Origin: an uncultured archaeon
GTDB lineage: Archaea; Thermoproteota; Nitrososphaeria_A; Caldarchaeales; Wolframiiraptoraceae
DNA: 64,000 bases
Direction: 5' to 3'
Assembly (NCBI GenBank): GCA_938083505.1
Contig: CALKCF010000002.1
Span: 26,874 to 90,873, forward strand
The translations under genes and the position numbers were made by a program. The notes beneath the pieces were generated by a model. The model was not told the DNA's origin, searched no databases, and worked only from the letters and a program-made list of their open reading frames with translations. Shown here in pieces: positions 37,226 to 44,179 of the stretch (its first letter is position 1; every line of letters begins with the position of its first letter).

Positions 37226-37651
37226 CTAAACGTAGATAATTGTAGCATCTTTGGCGTCTTCTGTTAAGAACGAAGCTAGCCCGCGCACTCCATCTGTATT
37301 ATCAGTTAACTCATCCATTGTTAAGTTGTGAAATGCCATGGCGGCGGGACAAGCGTATATCTTCCCTCCCAAACTGCGAAGAAGTTTTAGCTGCTCTGAG
37401 ATTTTTGGTAGACCGTTTTTTCTCCTTCTTTTATGAATTTCCTTTCTTATTGACTCATCTGTTTCCTCTCCCACTTCATCCTCAAACCCCTTCCTCAATC
37501 TTAGAATCCCTCCGTAACTGAACAGCACATAGACCGTTTCTCCAAGCGCAGAAGAAACTGTTGCAAGGTTTAAAGCAGATACCACTCGCTCATAGGACGC
37601 GGTGTTTATGATTAAAGCTTTTTTCTGGATTCTTGTCTGATGGTTGGACAT
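37226..37651 (-). CDS. DsrE/DsrF/DrsH-like (DsrE2-type) sulfur-relay family protein
   Basis: 141 aa: KKALIINTASYERVVSALNLATVSSALGETVYVLFSYGG...GGKIYACPAAMAFHNLTMDEL, with the conserved Cys. Confidence 0.6.
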   Translation of the reverse strand: MSNHQTRIQKKALIINTASYERVVSALNLATVSSALGETVYVLFSYGGILRLRKGFEDEVGEETDESIRKEIHKRRRKNGLPKISEQLKLLRSLGGKIYACPAAMAFHNLTMDELTDNTDGVRGLASFLTEDAKDATIIYV

Positions 37652-38178
37652 TAGGCTAAAACCCTTGCTTTTAAGCCTCGCTTTTCTCTTTCAGCATCTT
37701 TTATTCTTTCTGCCCATTCAAGAAGAGGAATGTCTTCTTTGCGTATTCTTTCAAGATTTTCTGCTAACTCGTTAAGCTCTTTTTGAGTTAATTTTTCAGC
37801 AAAAAGGACGATACCCTCACATTCAATGGGATGGGAAAGGATATCGCTCCTGATTATGTCCGGCAATATTTTAGCTTGTTCCTCCGAAATTTTTCCCTTA
37901 CTTAAGATTTCTACAAGCTCCCTTCCTCTTTTTACTATTCGATCATGTACACCAAGCAAGTATTCTAAGTACTGTCTTCCAAAGAACTTCTCAAATGTTA
38001 AATAGAGACTTTCTTCCTCCCATCTAAAGTGTGGGCCTCCTATTTTATCTAGACGAATCATTATTTCCAGCGCTTTTGTCGCGTCTTTCTTGCTTACTGC
38101 GTCTATTAGTTCCAAAAGCATGTCTCTGACCTTTGCGTGATCACTTCTAAATTCAGCTATGGGATCTAATTTTGGCAT
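37651..38178 (-). CDS. hemerythrin-like (HHE cation-binding) domain protein
   Basis: FRSDHAKVRDMLLEL...GGPHFRWEEESLY...GVHDRI are H/E-rich four-helix motifs. ATG 38178 is preceded by GGAGGTGGTG. The stop overlaps the next start by 1 nt. Confidence 0.65.
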   Translation of the reverse strand: MPKLDPIAEFRSDHAKVRDMLLELIDAVSKKDATKALEIMIRLDKIGGPHFRWEEESLYLTFEKFFGRQYLEYLLGVHDRIVKRGRELVEILSKGKISEEQAKILPDIIRSDILSHPIECEGIVLFAEKLTQKELNELAENLERIRKEDIPLLEWAERIKDAEREKRGLKARVLA

Positions 38179-38923
38179 TTTAAACACCACCTCCTTTTCT
38201 TTAGGTGTAATTATAACAGCGTTATAGATAAATTTTTCGGTCATTAGATGTTGCATAAGGGTTGCAACACGTCAAGTAAAAGCACACATATCTCCAGAAG
38301 AAGAATCTCAATACGTTTAGGAAACAGTATAGAGATCATCAAGTTATCTATGGTGTTTTTTATTTCTTTATTTTACAAACTTGATACCTCATTCCTTGCA
38401 AAAGCTTATGCTCCTTTCGAGTTCCTGGTTTTGTTTTTAGTTTTTCTACTGTTTGGTGTATTTCGTTGGTAGGTCAACTATCATAAAACTTAATTTCCTG
38501 ATTATTTCGTCTTTTGCAAAATTGTTTCCAATTTTGGGCATAAAAAATAAATTAAGGCATCATTCAAGAATTTATCGCCCAAGAAACAAGCCATAGTATT
38601 TGCCTCAGGAGCAATTGGCCTTTATGATTTCCTCTTGATTTGCTTAATCTACGCCATAATATATCTGGAAACTTGGATTGGAGCTTTAGTAAGCATAATA
38701 ACAGCCGAAAATATCCTCTTCACACTATTTTTTAGCACAAAACTCGGGGGATCTTCCCAAGGCTAGAAAATCATTGTATGTTTCACATAGTTCCAACACC
38801 TAAAAACTCAAGAAAATACCATCCGAGGTGTTCTTAAAGTTGTATTTTCTTTATCGTCTTATCTTTTGGACGGAAAACGAGTAATGTAACACTTCATGGA
38901 ATGGTTCCGGAACTAGGGGGTAT

Positions 38924-39000
38924 TGGAGCCTCGGGCGGGATTTGAACCCGCGATCGCCGGCTTACCAAGCCGGCGCCCCACCCGGCTAGGCTACCGAGGC
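38924..39000 (-). tRNA. tRNA-Thr (anticodon GGT) with genomically encoded CCA
   Basis: Reverse complement: GCCTCGG-TA-GCCT..GGGC-G-CCGGC-TTGGTAA-GCCGG-CGATC-GCGGG-TTCAAAT-CCCGC-CCGAGGC-T-CCA. Confidence 0.9.
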
Positions 39001-39087
39001 CGAATAATTGATACAAACGAAAATTATTAGCTTTACCGTTAAGTTGCAAAAATAATTTATAAATGCGCTGAAGTAAAAGCTCAACTA
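39001..39087. promoter_or_regulatory. divergent promoter spacer for tRNA-Thr and tRNA-Trp
   Basis: TTTATAAA (39056-39063) is centred about 28 nt upstream of tRNA-Trp +1. An A/T box (minus-strand CTAATAATTTT, 39021-39031) is at a similar distance from tRNA-Thr +1. Confidence 0.5.
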
Positions 39088-39215
39088 GGGGGCGTGGCCC
39101 AGAGGAGGAAGTCTCCGGGGAGCAAGGTCTACGGCGCCGGGCTCCAGATCCACTCATGTAGTGGGTTAAGGGTGTAGAAACCCGGAGACCGCCGGTTCGA
39201 ATCCGGCCGCCCCCA
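39088..39215 (+). tRNA. tRNA-Trp (anticodon CCA) with two introns (D-loop and canonical 37/38)
   Basis: Acceptor GGGGGCG/CGCCCCC with discriminator A. T-arm GCCGG-TTCGAAT-CCGGC. Anticodon stem CCGGG (39137-41) pairs with CCCGG (39181-85), loop CTCCAG. About 32 nt is inserted after position 37. The D-loop is 31 nt where about 10 are expected, implying a 20-22-nt insertion (39101-39124). Confidence 0.8.
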
Positions 39216-39298
39216 CATAACCAGATTAGTTCAGCGTCATTAGAAATTTTTCTGGATGCTGTGCTGAAGTAATTCAAGAGGGGGCGTGGTTGCCACGC

Positions 39299-40135
39299 TT
39301 ATGAAGGTTGTAGAACCAACCTCATAGCGACTATTAGGAGCGTAAGGCCCAGAAGCCTCTTGATCTTCGCGTCGCCTACACGGCTGGAAATGCGCGCACC
39401 CACCTGAGCACCCAGCATGCCACCTAGGCCTAGGAAAATGGCATAATCGAATAGGATGTTGTTCAGCGTGGAATGGGTAATGGAGCCGAACAGCGTTGTG
39501 AATACGAGTATAAAATGAGATGTGGCGGTTGCGATGTGTACGGGCATGCCTAGTATGTGTATCATAATAGGAACATGTAGCACGCCACCGCCGATTCCGA
39601 AGATGCTGGATGCCAAGCCAGCGAAGAAGCTTGTTATAAGCCCTAAGGGTACGTTAACTGAATACTCGTAGACTTTACCGTCGGAATCGACAAACCTCCT
39701 TTCGTATCCTCCAGCCTTCACGTTGCTAGACTGCTTCGTATGTTTGAGCAAAAGATAAAGCGATGTCCAAACCAAAAGGGCCGCAAAGATTGCCTTAAAC
39801 ATGAAGGACCCAAGGTGACCTGCAAGGTATGCACCCGCGATCGCGCCCGGAATCGTAGGAATCACGAGTATGAGTCCAAGCCTGACATCAGCCCTCCTCA
39901 GCCTCAAGTACGAAACGCTTCCGGACAGAGTGTTTAAGAAAACGAAAAACAAGCTAGTTCCAGCCGCCACCTTAGGCTCAAAGCCATATAGCAATATGAG
40001 AGCTGGAACAAGATACGCCCCACCACCTATCCCTATTAACGTCCCCAATCCGCCTATTCCAAAACCGAGGGCTGTTAATGCCAGCTCCTCATACCATAAC
40101 ATTATCAAACACCCAAAATTTCGCTCATGTAACAT
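39299..40135 (-). CDS. TauE/SafE-family sulfite/anion exporter (DUF81)
   Basis: 278 aa with about 8 TM and duplicated G-rich motifs (GIGGGAYLVP, GIGGGVLHVP). Confidence 0.8.
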   Translation of the reverse strand: MLHERNFGCLIMLWYEELALTALGFGIGGLGTLIGIGGGAYLVPALILLYGFEPKVAAGTSLFFVFLNTLSGSVSYLRLRRADVRLGLILVIPTIPGAIAGAYLAGHLGSFMFKAIFAALLVWTSLYLLLKHTKQSSNVKAGGYERRFVDSDGKVYEYSVNVPLGLITSFFAGLASSIFGIGGGVLHVPIMIHILGMPVHIATATSHFILVFTTLFGSITHSTLNNILFDYAIFLGLGGMLGAQVGARISSRVGDAKIKRLLGLTLLIVAMRLVLQPS

Positions 40136-40358
40136 GTGGAAGAAAGAATTCGTCTTTCTTTATTCAATAACGACCGCCTGTCATTTACGGCAAATTTTCT
40201 CGAATGATTTAAATATATCTTTAAACGCGGGGTAAAAAAAATTGATTATTAAGACGAAAAGTAAACGAATGTATGCGACCTTAGATGCCTCTTCAAAGAT
40301 GTCCATAAACTTTAAAAACAAGATGTCGGTGTAGTTTTCAATACGACGGTGGGTTAAT

Positions 40359-40499
40359 ATGATATATCCAGGCATATTATCAGTTGAGGAAGAGGAGGAA
40401 TTCGAAGAAGAATTTGAGGAAGAGTTTGAAGAAGAATTTGAGGAGGAGTTTGAGGAGGAAGAAGAGTTCGAAGAGGAAGAGCTTGAAGAAGAATTTTAA
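40359..40499 (+). CDS. 46-aa hyper-acidic repeat micro-protein, (EEEF)n
   Basis: ATG 40359 is preceded by GGTGGG. Translation is MIYPGILSVEEEEEFEEEFEEEFEEEFEEEFEEEEEFEEEELEEEF. It stops 17 nt before the convergent gene's stop. The DNA has 12-nt periodicity. Confidence 0.45.
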   Translation: MIYPGILSVEEEEEFEEEFEEEFEEEFEEEFEEEEEFEEEELEEEF

Positions 40500-40515
40500 C
40501 GCTTGGGGTAATAAC

Positions 40516-41097
40516 TTAATTTCTTCCACTAACTTTTTTATTTATGTGCTTTTTCCTAAACTCAACAACACTTATTTCCTCGAAAAACAGACTAACGGAT
40601 TTGAGAGTTTTGTGATCGAGTTCTAGTTTTGAGGCTACATCCCATAACCTTTTCAGATCGGAAACGCTTGAAATTACCAGTAAGATTTTGCCAGAACATG
40701 AAAGCATGCGACATGCTTGCTGCAAAAACTTGAGTGAGATATCTACACCATGCTCACCACCAAATATTGAAACGTCCCTTAAACACTCGTCAGGGAGGTA
40801 CGGTGGGTTAAAAACTATCAGGTCAAAGCCTGAGCCTTCCCTGAAGGGCGAGAGGAGATCGCAGCAGACCACATCGGTGTTTGCCCTTTTGTTGTATTTA
40901 TGAAGCCATTCCAGCGTAGCATAGCATGAGTTCAAATCTATGTCTGTAGATACTAAGTATTCGGACTTTTGCGTCAACGCTACGGAAACTAGGCCGCTAC
41001 CAGAACCTACCTCCACCGCCTTTCTGACATAAGGCATATCCTTAACGGTATCGATTAATAAGAAGGTATCCTCTGAAGGCTGGTATACCCCGTTCAT
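40516..41097 (-). CDS. HemK/Mtq2-type N5-glutamine (release-factor) methyltransferase-like protein
   Basis: VYQPSEDTFLLIDT, EVGSGSGLVS (SAM motif I) and DLIVFNPPYLP (NPPY). ATG 41097 overlaps the asnS stop (ATGA). Confidence 0.7.
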   Translation of the reverse strand: MNGVYQPSEDTFLLIDTVKDMPYVRKAVEVGSGSGLVSVALTQKSEYLVSTDIDLNSCYATLEWLHKYNKRANTDVVCCDLLSPFREGSGFDLIVFNPPYLPDECLRDVSIFGGEHGVDISLKFLQQACRMLSCSGKILLVISSVSDLKRLWDVASKLELDHKTLKSVSLFFEEISVVEFRKKHINKKVSGRN

Positions 41098-42398
41098 GGA
41101 TAAACCCTTGCGGGCGTCCTCGGAAATAGCGTGACGCTCCTGATATGTGTCATGCCAAGCAGCCACCAAAGCATCCTTTCCAAGCCGAGACCGAAGCCGC
41201 TATGTGGTACCGATCCATACTTCCTTAAATCTAGGTACCACTCATAGTCTGAAGGGTTAAGGCCAGCCTCCTTGATTCGCTGGACGAGTAGCTCGTAATC
41301 GTGAATCCTTTGACCTCCGCCAACTATCTCACCATAACCTCCAGGTGCCAGAAGGTCAGCACTGAGCGTAACCCTTGGGTCCGATGGGTCGGGCATGTGG
41401 TAGAAAGCCTTTGTCTCTTTGGGGTAATGAGTGACGAAAAATGGCTTATCGAATTCCTTGGAAAGCTCCCTCTCCTCGTCGGCTCCAAGATCTTGCCCCC
41501 ATTCTATGTTGAAACCTTTGTTTTTCAGAATCTCTAACACCTCGGCATACTTTATTCTAGGGTAGGGAGGTTCTGCGATCGAAGGGTCTATACTCTTCCC
41601 CAAAATCTTGAGGCATGGTTCAGCAGACTCCGCCAATGCCTTGATGGTTTCGCCGACGAGCTTTTCAACAATCACCATCATGTCCTCCAGCGTAGCGTTG
41701 GCCATCTCAGCCTCAACGTGCCAAAACTCGGTTAGATGTCTCCTAGTTCTGCTGAGTTCAGCCCTGAAGCTAGGCTGTATCGTGTAAACCTTCTCTAACC
41801 CGAATATCGCTGCCTCTTGATAGAATTGAACACTCTGGGTCAAGTAAACGTTCTTGCCGAAGTAGTCTACCTTAAACAGCGTAGCACCACCCTCGACGGC
41901 GGCCGTTATGAACGTAGGACAATGGACCTCAGTAAACCCATTCTTCCTAAACCATTCGTGAAGAAGACCGGTCAGTAATGCACGTATCTTCATTATAGCG
42001 GCGACCTTAGGGCTCCTAATGTGCAGGTGTCTGTTGTCCAGCAGGAACTTAATGCTGGCGCCGGGCTTTATGGGGAATTCAGCTAATGATTTACCTATGA
42101 CCTTAAACGACCTACATTGGATTTCCGTTCCACCTGGCGCCCTCGGGTCCTTTTTTACGAGGCCCGTTACTATAACTGAGGATTCCCTTGTAACGTCTAA
42201 GGCTTCCGTAAAGTCTGTTTCATCAGTAAGCCCCCGCTTCACCGTAACCTGGATTGTTCCTGTGGAGTCTCTAAGCTCCAGAAAAACCAATCCTCCATGC
42301 ATTCTTTTGTTCCTGACCCAGCCAAATACTTCGACTTCCTCGTTCTCCGGCACCCTAAATGCTTCAGTAATGTGCAACCTTCTGGCCAATTTGGGCAC
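41094..42398 (-). CDS. asnS: asparagine--tRNA ligase
   Basis: 434 aa, class IIb: YLTQSVQFYQE, FRAELSRTRRHLTEFWHVEAEMA and GFGLGLERM, with an N-terminal OB fold. Asn is favoured over Asp from the EFW-x-x-E-x-E pattern. Confidence 0.7.
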   Translation of the reverse strand: MPKLARRLHITEAFRVPENEEVEVFGWVRNKRMHGGLVFLELRDSTGTIQVTVKRGLTDETDFTEALDVTRESSVIVTGLVKKDPRAPGGTEIQCRSFKVIGKSLAEFPIKPGASIKFLLDNRHLHIRSPKVAAIMKIRALLTGLLHEWFRKNGFTEVHCPTFITAAVEGGATLFKVDYFGKNVYLTQSVQFYQEAAIFGLEKVYTIQPSFRAELSRTRRHLTEFWHVEAEMANATLEDMMVIVEKLVGETIKALAESAEPCLKILGKSIDPSIAEPPYPRIKYAEVLEILKNKGFNIEWGQDLGADEERELSKEFDKPFFVTHYPKETKAFYHMPDPSDPRVTLSADLLAPGGYGEIVGGGQRIHDYELLVQRIKEAGLNPSDYEWYLDLRKYGSVPHSGFGLGLERMLWWLLGMTHIRSVTLFPRTPARVYP

Positions 42399-42444
42399 CC
42401 ACCCCTAAAAGTTTAGGGCACGTTTTGAATGTTTCCAATAAAGC

Positions 42445-42759
42445 TTATAATACTTGGGACCCTTCCCTTACATCCCTTTCAGGGATTATCGGCGCTATGA
42501 CATTTTCTGACTCAGCAGCCGCCAATATCATACATTCGGATATCTCACCTCTAACAGTCTTCGGCTTGAGGTTCACCAAGAACACGAATTTCTTACCGAT
42601 AAAGTGCTCTGGTTCATATATGTGGCCAAGGCCAGTTATCGCCTTTTTCTTGAAGAAGCCAAAGTTGACAAGCATCTTTATGAGTCTGTCAGTTCCGGTA
42701 ACCCTTTCTGCATACTCGACTAGACCCACCCTAATGTCGAACCTCTTAAACTCCGACAT
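42445..42759 (-). CDS. stand-alone tRNA-binding domain protein (Trbp111/CsaA/EMAP-like)
   Basis: FKRFDIRVGLVEYAERVTGTDRLIKMLVNFG...FIGKKFVFLVNLKPKTVRGEISECMILAA. The likely start is MSEFKRF. Confidence 0.75.
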   Translation of the reverse strand: MSEFKRFDIRVGLVEYAERVTGTDRLIKMLVNFGFFKKKAITGLGHIYEPEHFIGKKFVFLVNLKPKTVRGEISECMILAAAESENVIAPIIPERDVREGSQVL

Positions 42760-42858
42760 TTCAACCTGCGACAATTGACTTCGAACTTGTAGATTCCTAA
42801 ATCGTTTAAAAAGATTACTTAGCAATGCCAACTTCAGCACTCCACTTCATTAATTTCA

Positions 42859-42893
42859 ATTGTTATAAAAATTCGAAAAATTTTTATAACAAT
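42859..42893. promoter_or_regulatory. perfect 15-bp inverted repeat carrying mirrored TATA-like boxes (candidate bidirectional promoter/operator)
   Basis: ATTGTTATAAAAATT (42859-42873), spacer CGAAA, then AATTTTTATAACAAT (42879-42893). It lies between a minus-strand gene start (42759) and a plus-strand micro-ORF (42922). Confidence 0.5.
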
Positions 42894-42921
42894 AAATTTG
42901 TATAAAATATAGTGAATAAAC

Positions 42922-43026
42922 ATGCCAAAGAAAAAGGCAAAGAAGACAAGTGCAAAAAAGAAGAAACGTACAAAAAAGGCCAAGGAGGAAGAAAAAGCAC
43001 CAGAAACCCCTGCTGAAGCGGGATAA
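42922..43026 (+). CDS. 34-aa lysine-rich basic micro-protein (candidate)
   Basis: MPKKKAKKTSAKKKKRTKKAKEEEKAPETPAEAG. TATAAAAT lies about 20 nt upstream, so the transcript may be leaderless. The listed minus-strand ORFs here are its antisense shadows. Confidence 0.35.
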   Translation: MPKKKAKKTSAKKKKRTKKAKEEEKAPETPAEAG

Positions 43027-43110
43027 CCTACTACAAAGCATTCCAAGTACTAAACCGTTGAAGCCATCTCCTGATAATTTTACCTTCTTTTATTTTTTGT
43101 AAACTGACCT

Positions 43111-43623
43111 TCAAACGACTATCGTCTCTTTGCGTGTTAAGAATATTGATGATAAAAAACCAAAAACGCCCGAGAATGCTAAGACAATTAGATATGGTAT
43201 CACAAGGTTAAGCGGATGGGGCAGTATAAAGTTTTCTATGAATGCATTCACCTTAACTAACCAGAATTGATGACCGTATACCTCTGCAAAAACTAAGCCC
43301 GTCAAACTAAGCCATGAGAGGATAACAGACGAAGGTATGAGTAACGATAGTTTTAAGGAGGCAGAGAACTTTCCGGCTACCAATCCAGCGAGTGCGGATG
43401 CGGCTGCCCACACTATGACGCACGTTAGACCCTCACTACTGCCCATAAAACCCGTGAATAGGGGTGCCAAAAGCGCCGTATATGCCTGAAGCAACACTGA
43501 GAGCACTAAAAGTTGGAAATTCACAGGTTCTGGCCATGAGGGGCTATGACCAGTAAATAAGGCGACGGAAGTTAAGGTAAGCATCGCCATACCGATTATG
43601 AAACTGGCAATCAGCCTAACCAT
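43111..43623 (-). CDS. polytopic membrane protein, unknown function
   Basis: 170 aa with about 5 TM. No motif was recognised. Confidence 0.45.
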   Translation of the reverse strand: MVRLIASFIIGMAMLTLTSVALFTGHSPSWPEPVNFQLLVLSVLLQAYTALLAPLFTGFMGSSEGLTCVIVWAAASALAGLVAGKFSASLKLSLLIPSSVILSWLSLTGLVFAEVYGHQFWLVKVNAFIENFILPHPLNLVIPYLIVLAFSGVFGFLSSIFLTRKETIVV

Positions 43624-43762
43624 ACTGTTTAACTTATGAGCTAGCTTATCATAAACCTTCCCTTAAAAGCGTATACAGTAAATTGTACGCCGGTAGTCGT
43701 CCGTATTATTTGGGCAATATTGAGCAATATTTTTATAGCGAGCGTTTTGTGCTAAACATAGT

Positions 43763-43990
43763 ATGCAGACAGCTTACATATTGCTGACAATAGAGCCTGG
43801 ACATGAGGAGGAGACGTTAGCCGAGCTAAAACAGATAACCAATGTAAAAGAGGCTTACAGGGTGTACGGAGTTTACGATATAGTAGTTAGAGTAGAGGCC
43901 GAGGACCATGAGAAGCTTAGGATGATGATATCCAAGATAAGGCACATTCAAAGGATCAGGTCGACTACTACGCTTATAGTGTGGGAGTAG
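43763..43990 (+). CDS. stand-alone Lrp/AsnC ligand-binding (RAM) domain protein
   Basis: 75 aa: AYILLTIEPGHEEETLAELKQITNVKEAYRVYGVYDIVVRVEAEDHEKL. Confidence 0.7.
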   Translation: MQTAYILLTIEPGHEEETLAELKQITNVKEAYRVYGVYDIVVRVEAEDHEKLRMMISKIRHIQRIRSTTTLIVWE

Positions 43991-44179
43991 TCTGCTAACC
44001 TCTCCTCAATCATAACATACTCAATATCCGGAAGTCACATCTCTTGTCCCTTAAACCCGTGATGCTGGGAGCCCTCCATACCTCGGTTTCACCCGATAGT
44101 CCGAGGAGGAATGCGACCGTTGTACTGTATCGAGGGGTCTGATTAAAAGTTATTAAAGCACTATTAGCTGATTAAATTG

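Noticed and set aside
38551-38766. Open frame encoding a two-TM peptide (…KKQAIVFASGAIGLYDFLLICLIYAIIYLETWIGALVSIITAENILFTLFF…) in the 640-bp A+T-rich gap.
   Set aside because: There is no ATG, GTG or TTG start giving more than about 50 aa and no recognisable family. It is possibly a remnant of a GtrA-like membrane gene, but this cannot be supported.
38894-39277. 127-aa minus-strand ORF.
   Set aside because: It runs straight through tRNA-Thr and tRNA-Trp. Its G/R/P-rich translation is the antisense or sense shadow of G+C-rich tRNA sequence.
40384-40626. 80-aa K/R/S-rich plus-strand ORF over the purine repeat.
   Set aside because: It is an alternative frame of the same repeat. It would overlap the convergent methyltransferase gene by more than 100 nt. 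The acidic frame ends cleanly before that gene and has a Shine-Dalgarno-like box.
42834-43046. Two minus-strand F/L-rich ORFs (70 and 61 aa).
   Set aside because: They are antisense shadows of the A-rich lysine-coding tract. No promoter or RBS logic supports them on the minus strand.
44059-44142. Possible C/D-box sRNA upstream of pepA: GTGATGC ... CTGA with the central hairpin CCTCGG/CCGAGG.
   Set aside because: The C box is imperfect and the spacing (about 84 nt) is much longer than archaeal C/D sRNAs. No C'/D' boxes or terminal stem were found. It may just be a structured 5' leader.
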